Below, piece after piece: positions 52,645 through 64,000 of a DNA stretch of 64,000 nt. The notes beneath the pieces were generated by a model. That model did not search any database. It was given only the letters and a program-made list of their open reading frames with translations, and was not told where the DNA came from. This DNA comes from Welwitschia mirabilis. Lineage: Eukaryota. Each line of letters starts with the position of its first letter. Position 1 is the stretch's first letter. Made by a program: the position numbers and the translations under genes. Location of the stretch: assembly GCA_051453625.1 (NCBI GenBank), contig JBOZIK010000001.1, forward strand, positions 47,578,508 to 47,642,507, written 5' to 3'.

Positions 52645-55495
52645 TTTACAACTCTAAGCCTATGCATATACTCCATTCATTCCTTTTCTTAGGAACAACT
52701 TGTATGGGGCTTGTCAATTCTAAATCTGATATAGAATAGATGAAACATACTTTTAATAACCTCAATATCTCTTATCTAATAACTTCATGCATCTGAGAAT
52801 TATAGCTTCTCTTTGGTTGTCTAACAAGTTTAATTGTATTGTCTAAATGTATTCTATGATAATATATAGTGATGTTTATTCTTGTTATATCTACATGGGT
52901 CAAATCAAAAGCTTTGGATCTTCTAGTGAGGACTCTTTTTAGTTTTCTCTTTTAGGAATAAGTAAGATTGTCATTTATAATCAATAGTTTATTTCCCTAA
53001 TCTCAATGTATTTTAATCCTTCTTACAGAGGTGGATTTTTAATCTTATCTTCCTCATTTTTAGTTTCTATGGTTAAGAAGTATTTTTTTTTATTACCTTT
53101 TTCTTGATCCTTTAATATTACTTGAATCATAATCGAATTTACATCTTCCTCTTTACTATTATTAATAGAATGCTTAGCTGAAATTTTGATTTATTGAATG
53201 AGATCCTTTTGATTAATCTGTATGACTCCTTTTCTTGAGTAAATGGTTGCATTAGCTATGTCCACCCATAGTCTTCCTAATATAATGGGATGAATATTAC
53301 CTTTGTTGTTATTACTACCAAATCCACGACGTACCTAAATCCTTAAATTTCAATAAAAGTGTTTTCCATGATATCCTTGGGATTAACTATTGATCCATTT
53401 GTGAAATATACTTGCCCCTAATAAGGTATTAATTTGGAACTTTTTAAGTGTCCATAAGTTTCATAGTAGATGATGTTGATACTAGATCCTAAATCTACCA
53501 CTACCTCTACCTTGTAAGCTTCTTATGTTACAATATTAACTACTGATATAGCTAGATTACTATATTTTCTTGATCTAGTTTCCTTACAAAGATTGAGTAA
53601 AATCCCAAGATACTTGATCCATTTTATCCATTTTTAGTTCATATTCCCTCGTTTTCTCCTATTTTCCTTATTTCTCTCTTCTCTTACTTTTGTAAAGATC
53701 TTTCATTTGTTTTCAATAAAGAGGGATATCTTTCAACATTTTAATTAGGTACAAAAATAGTGGTATCTTTAAGTGCTTTATAAAATATTTCACATCTCTT
53801 TCTTCTCTCTTCCTAGGATCTTTTATTATCTTACTTCTTACTGGGAAGGGTAGTGTATCTTCTTATGTTTTTTAACCTTCATATGAATCTTCAATTGATT
53901 GTTCTTTAGTAATAATTTTCTTTGATATGGTTCCAACAATCCTACAATCTACTTCTCTAAGGTTTGGTCGAGGTTGACTTGGTATTGTAATTTCTTGAAG
54001 TTTTTGTCCTTTGTTATAATTTGAATGGCTAGTATCCTAATTTCTCCAATTTTTATAATAATCATATTATTGTTACCTTTTTGATTGGATAAACCTCTGC
54101 ATAGGATTTTCTCTTCTATTTTGCCACTTTCTAATTTGGTATGATAAGATTTCTTCCTTGCATGGGGTATATTATTTGGATTATACTCAATTTTCTTAAT
54201 GCCTAGCCATTTTACAAAATTCTGCATCCAAGGACAATCTATCTCATACTTCTCATCCTATTTTAACTTATTTACTTCTTCTATAAAGGCTTTAGTTTTA
54301 TATTAATCTCTTCAAATATTTTTTTATATTTCATTTCTTCTCTAGATTTGTCCTAAATTTTATTTACCTTTTCCTTTCCTCTTTTCTCATTTTGATTCCA
54401 TCCTTGGCTCATCCTATATAGTTTATTAATACCCTCCTTAATTTCTTGAGTATTTCCATTTTTTATACTCCCTTCATGCACATATATTAATTTTTTTTAA
54501 AGTACCATTCCTTAATACTCTTAATAGAGCTTTCATCCTTTCTCTGAGGTTTGTCCCATGGTTTGGGCATTTTGTTATTAGAATCTAATACATATCCATA
54601 AAATCATCAAATCTTTCATTCTCTTTTTATTTGATGTTTAAAATTTAATCTCTTAAGTTTTTAATAACCCTTACAAGTTGATATTTACCTAGAAAAGATA
54701 TCCTAAGTGCATTCCAATCCTTAAAAGTATGATGTAGAAACCTATAGAACCATAATTATGCATTTCCTTTTAGTGAAAAGGAAAAATGCCTTAAAAAATT
54801 AGNNNNNNNNNNNNNNNNNNNNNNNNNNNNNNNNNNNNNNNNNNNNNNNNNNNNNNNNNNNNNNNNNNNNNNNNNNNNNNNNNNNNNNNNNNNNNNNNNN
54901 NNGGAGACACCTATAGAACCATAATTATGCCGTTCCTTTTAGTGAAAAGGAAAAATGCCTTAAAAAATTAGATTCAGTTTCTAAATAATTGGCACTATAA
55001 AAAGAGTCAAAAAGGCTTAAGTGTAATATTGGTTCTTATTCTCTCTTTCCCTCAAATATGAGGATATTAGCAGTATTAATATTTCTAGTTTTCTCTAAAG
55101 TTTCTAAAATAGAAGAATCTATAAGTTTTGGAGTAGTGGAGACATAATAATTAATTCTTAAAGGTGTGAAGTCCATTAGTTCCTCTTCGCCCCTATACAG
55201 TCCTCCAATTAGGGTAAAAGTCTTCTTTGTGGTTTAGGCTTGGATTAGCAAGTCAATCTTGTCTTGTAGCTCCTCTTGACTCCTCCTCAAGGATTTCATG
55301 TCTTTTATGAGATCATAGGATTCTATTATTACCTGATTTGAACTATCAATTTTTTCATCCAACTTATACTTTTACAGTTTTAGACATACCTTACTTTTTC
55401 ATCTCTTCATATTTCTTGCCTATTGTTTGTTAACGGAGTCTTCATCATGATGGTCCTTAAAAAGATGTTAAAATGCCCTCCTTCTAGCACCAAAA
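52645..55495 (-). mobile_element. Athila-like Ty3/gypsy: PBS, gag, protease, RT start (cut at the copia LTR)
   Basis: gag HFSFSLKGNA*LW (~54770), protease VVVDLGSSINII (~53490) and PIILGRLW (~53280), RT FIYSISDLELTSPIQVVPKKRNEWSICI (~52745-52660). Confidence 0.85.
55476..55492 (-). promoter_or_regulatory. Primer-binding site, tRNA-Asn type
   Basis: Minus strand TGGTGCTAGAAGGAGGG, 3 nt after LTR end ..CTTATCA. One mismatch from the complement of the plant tRNA-Asn 3' end (CCCTCCTTCTAGCGCCA, recalled, not searched). Confidence 0.75.
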
Positions 55496-55900
55496 TGATA
55501 AGCATGTTTTGTGTAATTTAAAACTAAAAATAAAGAGAATATTAAAACTATTTTAATCAAAAACTTGTAATATTAAGCTATAACTACTACATATAGACTT
55601 AAATCATTCAGACAATAAGTTGTTAAGGTCTATCCTAAGATTTTTAAAGACCATAATCTTTCTATTCATCAGTACACTTCCTTTCTCAAGAACTACTGTT
55701 CTTCGCAAAACTATGTTCTGATTTATTCAAGTGCACATGTACATATATATAACTGTGGGAGGGGAAGAAATAAACATGAAGCTGATCAGATAAGACATGC
55801 GCTGTTTCTTTGTAAGCAATGCAAAATATTAATATTAACTTTATAGCTAAATTAATACTAAGAGCAAAGAAAAGAAATATGAACTCTTTTTGGATTTCAT
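55496..55900 (-). repeat. 5' LTR of the Athila-like element (far boundary uncertain)
   Basis: Adjacent to the PBS, terminal TCA on the minus strand, TATATAT ~55745. Confidence 0.5.
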
Positions 55901-56959
55901 GAAAACCATATTAAAATTGTATTCCAATCAACTTAATGAAAATTGTTACTGCCCTTTGGGGGTACATGCATATAGAATTTTAGGTTTTCAACTGTTTTAT
56001 ATGAATTTTCTTCTTCTTCGAAAATATCTTTTAAGAGTGTATTTTTGAAAACCAAAAAGATCCTTTTTTCTCTTTTTCTCTTCTCTTTATACAAGGAGTC
56101 TGTTAACTCCACTTTCTTAGGTGCCACCACTGGTTGTTGTAGTGTAACTACCTCCCAGCTACCACCTGTCGCTTTTCCTTTATCTTCCATTATTATTTCT
56201 TCACATTCAGTTATCAAATTGATTAATTAACTTGCACATGTCCAATGAGTATAATAACATTTTAACAACTTTAAAATTAAATATTCCATAATTAACGACT
56301 CATCACAAAGTTGTTAAGATGAATGTTTTATTCAAATTATAATCTAACAAATAAAACCTAATAAGGTGATTTAAAGCTTTAGATATGGAGTATCTATTCA
56401 AATTCAGCTAACGCTTTATGTGTGATTTAAAAAGTAGAGCCTACTAGTATGGATCCTAAATTAAAGTTGTCATCTCAAAAGACATAATCTTTGATGAGTT
56501 TAATTAAGCAAACTTAAATAAGGAACCTATTGAAGAAAATCAATGAGAAATAAGGGATAATGCAGGGTTTTTAGAAATGGAGGAAAAAATTAGTTTTTAG
56601 CACATCAAAATAATGGAATTAGAAGTTATAAAGGATTAAGAATACAATTCTAATAAAGAAACCTAACCCATTCATATTACAAGAAAACAAAAGTGGTATA
56701 CTTCACATATAAATGAATTAAGAGATGAAAAGAGAGTGGTCCTATACCAACAACAAGAATGAAGGAGAATAAAACACCAAACTGCTTACATAGCCAAGAT
56801 TATAAAAGAACCTACCTTAATGGAAGAAGTATTAAAGGATTCAAAATATGGAAATAAATGTAAGAATAGTAAAATACGGTGCTTAATAAAAGTACTGAGA
56901 AATTAGCAGCTCTATGAACCATATGGCTATTCAAGGTCAAATGTGACCAAGACAAAATT

Positions 56960-59900
56960 TGATGCATAAGCATCTTTGTAAAATAAAAATAAAGAATGTA
57001 TTTAAATTCATTAGGGTTCAAGTTTCTAAGATTCTAGGTCATATTGGAAATGAGTAACAATGTAATTTAGCATGTTTAGATGAATTCTAGCTATAAGAAA
57101 TACTCGATGTTTAGAAGATATTCATGATAAAACACGTAAGAGGCTAAAATTAGAGCATTCATTTATGATTAAGATTCCTCTTAAGGCCTTAAAAATAGAA
57201 GAGAGTAATAGGCATAAAGGACATCAAAGTGGTAAAAACAACAATAAGGCTTTTAAAGGCCATTATTAAGGAGATCTTGTGGAAGCTCTATCAGATGTGG
57301 CTTTAGTTTGTAAGCTTGTACTTTCTATACCATTAATGTAAAGTGATTCTTTCATTGCCTTGAATACACTTTTTCCCTATTTATTTCTCCTTTCTTTTCC
57401 ACTCGTCACTAAATAAACAATTCCAAAAGTGATCTTAGGGTTTTTATTGTGTTATCTATACATTATCTAGTATTAGGGTAAATTTTTAAGTTTTATGGAA
57501 AGTTGGTTATTCAAAGAGGTTGGCCTAAAGAACCTAATAGTTACCTAATTACAAAAGCAAATTGCGAGGCAAGAATAGTATTGGAAGGTATCTAGAGAGG
57601 TATGAGGGTATTGGTGATGACATTGATGATTGACTATATACCAAAGTGTATGGATCTAGTTCTAATGGAGGAGAAAGAATAAAAATGATCCAAAGTAAAT
57701 GAGCCATGAAAGAAGAATGTTATGTGTGAAGGTTGGAGTGTAGAGCAAGAGAAGAATCATTTTGTAAAAGACCCAATGAAGATGGGACAGAAGGATTCTA
57801 TAAGCGTGACACCATATGAAGGAAGCTTACAAGAGAGTTTCAAGATTGGATCTAAGATGTGGAGCAACACTTTAAAATGGAGGATGTTGTTGAAAAAAAG
57901 AAGACGTATATTGCATTAACTTGTTTATGAAAAGCTGCCATAAGTTGATGCAAGCATGTTTGAAAGAATCACCAAGATTGAAGCCTTTTAAGTTCCTAAA
58001 ACTACATGAAGGAGAGTTTTTAGGACAAGTTCAATTTGCTTTCGCATAAGGTGGAGATGATAAGAAAGATGCAGATATTCCAACAAAGAGAAAATTCTAT
58101 GATAGAGTACAAAATGAAGTTTCACAAGCTTACATCCAAGTAGGATATTTTGATTTTAGTATAAAAAAGATAAGCAGATACATTACTAGTTTAAGATTTG
58201 TTCTTCAGAACGAGATTACCATTATAACTCCTAGAAACATGAAGAAAGCAAGAGAAATTACAGTGAAAGAACAATTCTAATAAAGAAAGATTAGAGGACA
58301 AGAACTATAAAGAAGGGGTCAACAACAAGGAGAAAAGACAAACCAAAAGTTACAAAATAAAAGCAAAGAAGAAATCCACAAAAAGGGAGGTACTTATAAA
58401 GGAAAAGGTAAGTAATTTCTTGGGAGTCTATTATAAATGTTATAAATTAGGGTACAGGTCTTACTAGTTCCCATTAAGAAAGAAGAATACACACACTACT
58501 ACTGTCCTTAAGCATGGTGAGGTAGGCGAAGAGTCCAAGAAGAAAAACTAGGGAAAACTACTAGTGAGAAAGGGAAAAAGAAACATGATTGTTAAAAGAA
58601 CTCTCATACACAATGCAAAAACTATCAAAGATTCAACACAATCGAGACTTCAAAACTAGATGTAAGGAGAAGGTATCTAAGGTTATCATTGATAATTGAA
58701 GCACTCAAAACTTGGTTTCTAGTAAGATAATGTGGAAATTAAAACTAGAGACACTATTGCATTTGACATGATATGTTGTAGTTAAAAAATTGTATTTGGT
58801 TAACTTTACAATTGGTAACTTTTGTAACCAAGTTCATTATGATGTTATTCCTATGTGTGCTCTTCATCTACTATTGGGTAAGCCTTGGCAATATGATACT
58901 AAATAAATGCATAATGGAAGGACAAATACTTGTATTATAATTGACAAAAATAAAAATAAATTTAAGCTTTTGACAATTCCGAGGATATTCCAAAACACAA
59001 GACAAGTGCATGCTTTTTAAAAAGAAAGCAGGTAATAGAAAAAATACAAAAGAAGTGTATAGGATGGTAATGGTGTTAAAGGCATCTTCAAAACAACAAT
59101 TGAAGAAGTGGCTAGTGGAGGTAAAAGATGCATTGAAATCTTTTACAAATATTTTTGTTGATGATTTGGCTTCTAATTTAACACTTGTTAGAAGCATACG
59201 CCATCACATAAGTCTAGTTTCTAGTGTTTCACTTTTAAATAAAGCACCACAGGAAATGATAGTACATGAAAAAAAGAGATATGCAGTTAAAGGAGTTGTT
59301 AGACAAGATATTGATCAAAGAAAGTTTGTTGTCATGTTTTGTTCTAGTACGACTAACTCTAAAGAATAACAGTAAGGAGTTGTGCGCGTGTGTTGATTCA
59401 AGAGCAATCAACAAGATAATCAGAAGTGTCACTTTTCTATGCCTTAAATGGATAATACTTTGGATTGCTTAATGGGTGCTTTTATTTTTAGCAAGATGGA
59501 TTTGAAAAGTGAGTACCATCAAATCAATATCCGAGAGGGAGATAAATGGAAGACAATTTTGAAATCTATACATGAGATATAAATGGTTGGTCATGTCATC
59601 TAGTTTGAGGAATGCTCTAAGTACATTCATGAGGTTGCGCATTCCCATAAAATCAATAAGGAAGGATATATTATAGCGAAAATGTTATGAAGACATGGCT
59701 AGACATTGTGGGTTAAACAAAACTTACAAACTGTTAAAGAGGTTATACCATTAGCCAAACATGGATAAGTATATCCAACGGATTGTGCGAAGTTGTTTTA
59801 TATGCCAAAGAGCAAAAGGAGAATTAAGGAACGTAATATTGTACATGTCATTACTAGTTCTAATGAAGCCACAGTAGGATCTAAGTATAGAATCCATTTC

Positions 59901-61546
59901 GGAATTAAATTATTTCAAGAAAGGTCATGATTCCATCATGGAGGTGGTGGAGAGATTTAGTAAGATCTCACTCTTTACTCTTGTACCAAGACACATGATG
60001 CTTCACACATTACTAGATTGTTCTTTAGACAAATTATACACCTTTATAGGTTGTTGAAGATAATAGTTTTAGATAAAGATGTCAAGTTTGTTTCTTATTT
60101 TTGGAGGCATTTGCGACACATGATGGATACTAAGTTGTAGTATTCTTCAGCATATCATACATAAATAGACACAGAAATAAAGTCTTCAATCGTAGTTACC
60201 AAAGCTTGCTAAGATACCTTTACGAGGGTAAGTCAAACAGATGGGAGCACTACTTACCACATCCAAAATTTAGTTAAAATAATTTCATAAATGGGAGTAT
60301 AAGAAAATCACCTTTTGAAGTGGTATACAAATATCAGCCAAGGATGCCATATATGTTATGATAGAACCTTTAGCAATGACAAAGGACTATACAAACACAA
60401 TTATAGAACTCCATATGTGTGAGAAACTCTGAAGGCATTAAACTCCCAGACTAAGGATAAGGCAGCCAAGCACAAAAGACATGTAGAGTTTGTGGAGGAT
60501 GACAGTGCTGCATACATGTGGAAGGAAAGATTTGCCACAAGAACCTATAACAAACTCAAGTTCTAGAAGATTAGTCTATACAGAATTGTGAAGGGGATTT
60601 CAATAAATACATACTAGTGGGATCTTACAGAGAATGTGGATATTTCACTTATATTCGATGTTGTTAACTTAGTCACTTATATTCGATGTTGTTAACTTAG
60701 TGAAGTACTATCGAGAGCTTACCCAAGATGAAGCTTAGATCGCAGAGTTGTAGAAGGTGAACAAAGAGAAGCATAAGGTGGATAAGAAGCCGGCGATTCT
60801 TGAAAGCTGTGAGAAGCAATTACAGAGAAAATCGTATAAGGAGTACCTAACTTAGTTACTAGGAGATCGTCTAAAGGATGCAATTTGGTTTTTAGAGAAC
60901 TACCTAAGAATAGGTTGCAAAGTTCATCTAAGGAAGAAAAACATTTCCTATGATAGCTCACTTTCAAGCAAGGAGGATGATATAAGAGCATCCATGTAAA
61001 ACAAAGAAAAAAAGAATGTGGTTGCATTAGTTATTTTGCTGAGTTAATGTGTTTCTGTGGGAAACAAAATATGCCATCTTAATGGCATGTTATTGGAAAT
61101 GAGCAGTCATTTAATTTAGTATATTTAACTAGAATCTGTATGTAAAGAATATGCTACGTTTAAAGGGAATTTAGGCATAAGAATAATGCTCTGTCTAGAT
61201 GCTATTTATAGTAAAACATGTAAGAGCCTAAAATTAGTGAACTCTTTCATAATTAAGATTCTTTTTAAAGCCTTATAAATAAAGGAGGATGGTCGGCATA
61301 AAAGGCATCAAAGTAGTAAAAACTAGGATGAGCCTCTTAAAGGCCTTGAATGAGAAGAGCTCACAAAACCTTTGCCAAATGTGATTGTAGTTTGTAAACT
61401 TGTATTTTCTATACCATTAATATAGAGGGGTTCTTTCATTGCCTTCAATACCTAGTTTGCTTGCATATTTCTTGTTTTCTTGCTGCTCATTGAATAGATA
61501 ATCTCAAAAGTGATCATAGGGTTTTTGTTGCATTAGCTCTACATCA
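56960..61546 (+). mobile_element. CRM-like chromovirus (Ty3/gypsy) with both LTRs, internally deleted
   Basis: LTRs 56960-57465 and 60978-61546 (TGAT../..CATCA); decayed PBS TAGTATTAGGG; protease VIIDN*STQN; RT CVDSRAINKI and DLKSEYHQINIREGDKWKT; integrase; chromodomain-like YKEYL..KDAIW; TSD AAATT/AAACT. Confidence 0.9.
60645..60701 (+). repeat. Perfect 28-bp tandem duplication
   Basis: TCACTTATATTCGATGTTGTTAACTTAG x2. Confidence 0.95.
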
Positions 61547-62162
61547 AAACTATTAAGAAGAACAGGGTAAAGCTCATAGTAAAGGTTTTGCACAAGCTGA
61601 AAGCACTTACTCACTAGATGTAAAATTAGCATTTGATTTTCTACCTCACAAAGATCAAAACCATGTGGATCTTGTTAAATCTAGTTATACATTATAATTG
61701 AGACATGCTCCAATTAGATGTAAAATTAGTATTCCTCAATGAACCCATAAATAACCAAACCTATATTATGCAACTAGATGGTCTAATAGTGAAAGGTCAA
61801 AAGAACAAAGTCTGTAGGCTAATGAAGTCTTTATAATGCCTAAAACCAGCTTTGAGAGTGGTATCCAGAAACGTGATGAATTTCTTCATAAATTAGATTT
61901 CAAGAAATCCAATTCAAATAGAAACCAAAAGAACAAATAGGGGAAAAGATTCACTAAAATCATACCATGAAACTTTCTGTAATTTCTTTATCCTAAAAAC
62001 TTAAATGTATATAATGTTGTATCTATACATGTAATAGGAACACATTTTTGTCCATAATCATGACCATATGATAGTTTTAGCCAAAATGTAATGTGGTCGT
62101 CTGAAGTGAGAACAATCAATGTTAGTAATATGTCAATGAATATGATAACATCCAGCATTAGA

Positions 62163-62397
62163 GTAATTTTATCCTATGTACCTAAAAGCTATGAAATGCA
62201 TCGTAAATATAATGACTCTCACAAAAACCATGAATGAATCCCTGGGGATGGAGCTGCATCATAGGTCGCTATCGGTTGTAATTTTATCCAATGGACCTAA
62301 GAGCAATGAAATGCATCGTAAATATAATGACTCTCACAAAAACCATGAATGAATCCTTGTGGATGGAACCGCAACATAGGTCGCTATTGGTTGTAAT
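62163..62397. repeat. 115-bp tandem duplication (2 copies, diverged)
   Basis: Units start at 62163 and 62278 and share ATGAAATGCATCGTAAATATAATGACTCTCACAAAAACCATGAATGAATCC. Confidence 0.95.
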
Positions 62398-62969
62398 AAA
62401 GATCCACGTGAAGAAGACAAGCATCATGACTCTTCTCAACATTGGAACTGAAGCCACTTATGATACGAAATGGGCAAAACAGGACCTTTTAAAATCATGG
62501 GCCTGTGGGACAAGGGACATGGGAAGGATATAAACCCACCCAAATATGGGTATTAGTGTCGGATGTTTCCGAATTTATCTCTACTTTGGGATTATAGAGT
62601 TAGGATATCCATGCTACAACGTTATCACTGAAAGCCTTAAATACATTTGAGAATTTTTAGGTACAAATAGCGTTCCTATTGCAGTTTTGTCAGAGTGGCA
62701 CAAGTGAAAACGTCTGGCTTCACCTTGGCATTTTGGCACTCATGAAAGCATTTTTTAGTATTGCAGTTCCAGCTCTAAAATTTAGACACTCAACCTTTCG
62801 TAAATAAGGTTTCTGTCCGCAACAACCATTCAACACGTAGCTTTCATCAAAATCATAAAGCAATTTGGAAGAGCAATATATAATGACATGTCTCCTCGGT
62901 CATCCGCCAGTGGCATCAGGCTAAAAATAGAGGATAATCGGAGAGGATAATCGGTATTCATCAAACAGT

Positions 62970-63729
62970 TCATACAACTTGTATGACAGCTGCTACACGG
63001 AGGGATCCTCGTTGGAGAATATCAGGAAGATCGTCAAAAAATAAAGCTGTCCTCCAACCCCAGCCTTTTGGTGCCTTGGGTAACAGGGTCCCAGCTTGAT
63101 CAAGGCTGCCAAATACCATAACATCTCTCTTTGATGGGCAGATAAGCTGCCCAAAAAAATGAGGACATGTCAATGGAGGATCTATAACGAGTCTAATAAT
63201 TACCAGAATTTCACGAGCATCACGAAAATTTCACCTGATATCTAACAGTCACCTTCTCTCTCCTGTCAACATACAGATGTACCTAGAAAAGGGAAGTATG
63301 TATCAAAAAAAGACACACTTCTAACAGCTACAATCAGAAAGCNNNNNNNNNNNNNNNNNNNNNNNNNNNNNNNNNNNNNNNNNNNNNNNNNNNNNNNNNN
63401 NNNNNNNNNNNNNNNNNNNNNNNNNNNNNNNNNNNNNNNNNNCCAGAAAGCATGAAATAGTAAAACGAAAAGAAAACACGAAGACACCATCTATGATGCT
63501 GGAAACAGAAACTTAAACCTACCTTTTGTTGTGTATCGCTGTATTCAGCCCTACGGCGATGTAAAAATAGTCCTGAACAATGAACCAATCCCTTCATTTT
63601 TGGAAGTTCACAATAACTGACCCCTCTAAAACGAAAACTATGAGAACTATAAATAAAGTAGACTAACTAAATCATACCAAGAGTACGCCGTCCCTGGGGA
63701 TCCTCATCGTTGAAAGCCTGTACACTAAG
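62970..63729 (-). CDS. Last four coding exons of a conserved plant gene, probably a BTB/POZ protein with MATH/TRAF-like C-terminus (5' part outside window)
   Basis: Exons 63729-63678, 63572-63523, 63282-63235 and 63146-62970 all have GT-AG introns and consistent phases. They splice to LSVQAFNDEDPQGRRTLGLFLHRRRAEYSDTQQKVHLYVDRREKVTVRYQLICPSKRDVMVFGSLDQAGTLLPKAPKGWGWRTALFFDDLPDILQRGSLRVAAVIQVV*. The structure is firm; the family name is from memory. Confidence 0.88.
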
Positions 63730-64000
63730 CTGACATCAAGAAACAACACCAAAAGATATATTGTTATTGCCGACAAAACGTTTGATGTTATTTGTATTTT
63801 AAACGGAAGTTTGCGACCGAAATACACAGGCAAACAGTAAAAATAAAATACTTAAATTATGCAGTATTGATTGTAAGACGCATGGCCGACTAGTATATTT
63901 TGCTTCACTCACGCAGAAGATGTGTGGGATTCAGCATTTTTAATTTTTAACCTTACAGAATTCTCGGAACGAGTTTAAATTCTCTGTATGATGTATGTTT

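Larger units (their letters stand above)
56290..61920 (+). mobile_element. Old copia INT-end/RT fragment split by the CRM insertion (56290-56959 and 61547-61920)
   Basis: VVISKDIIFDE and WLFKVKCDQD on the left; KTIKKNRVKLIVK and QLDVKLVFLN..KVCRLMKSL on the right. Confidence 0.75.
1554..63442. other. Assembly gaps
   Basis: N runs at 1554-2339, 13585-13684, 33942-34519, 35615-35714, 38080-38179, 39746-39845, 43163-43267, 46861-46960, 54803-54902, 63343-63442. Confidence 1.

Noticed and set aside
54740..54972. Duplicated gag segment around the gap
   Set aside because: Near-identical overlap with contig-end errors.
55476..55492. tRNA 3'-end-like sequence
   Set aside because: Only 17 nt and adjacent to an LTR, so a PBS rather than a tRNA gene.
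55933..56217. 94-aa minus-strand ORF
   Set aside because: No recognisable motif; lies between retroelement fragments and is likely element-derived.

Overview
AT-rich land-plant nuclear DNA from a gapped short-read scaffold (10 N-gaps). About 62 kb is a stack of nested, heavily C-to-T/G-to-A decayed retrotransposons: Ty1/copia (SIRE/Maximus-like, Ivana-like, Tork/TNT1-like), Ty3/gypsy (CRM-like, Athila-like, a Tekay-like integrase fragment) and L1-clade LINEs. The only intact host gene is at the right edge: the last four coding exons of a minus-strand gene, probably a BTB/POZ protein with a MATH/TRAF-like C-terminus. No rRNA, tRNA or CRISPR is visible. I found no clear new cellular system. The best candidates for something undescribed are element architectures: (1) a SIRE-like element whose gag lacks the capsid domain and starts with a hydrophobic, possibly membrane-spanning segment; (2) an excess of LINE ORF1 (DUF4283)-like segments without reverse transcriptase, including one ORF1+endonuclease unit that appears to end directly in a LINE-type tail; (3) a scrambled copia tandem array joined at microhomologies. 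Lineage names come from motif recognition by eye, no database search was run, and boundaries of degenerate elements are approximate.
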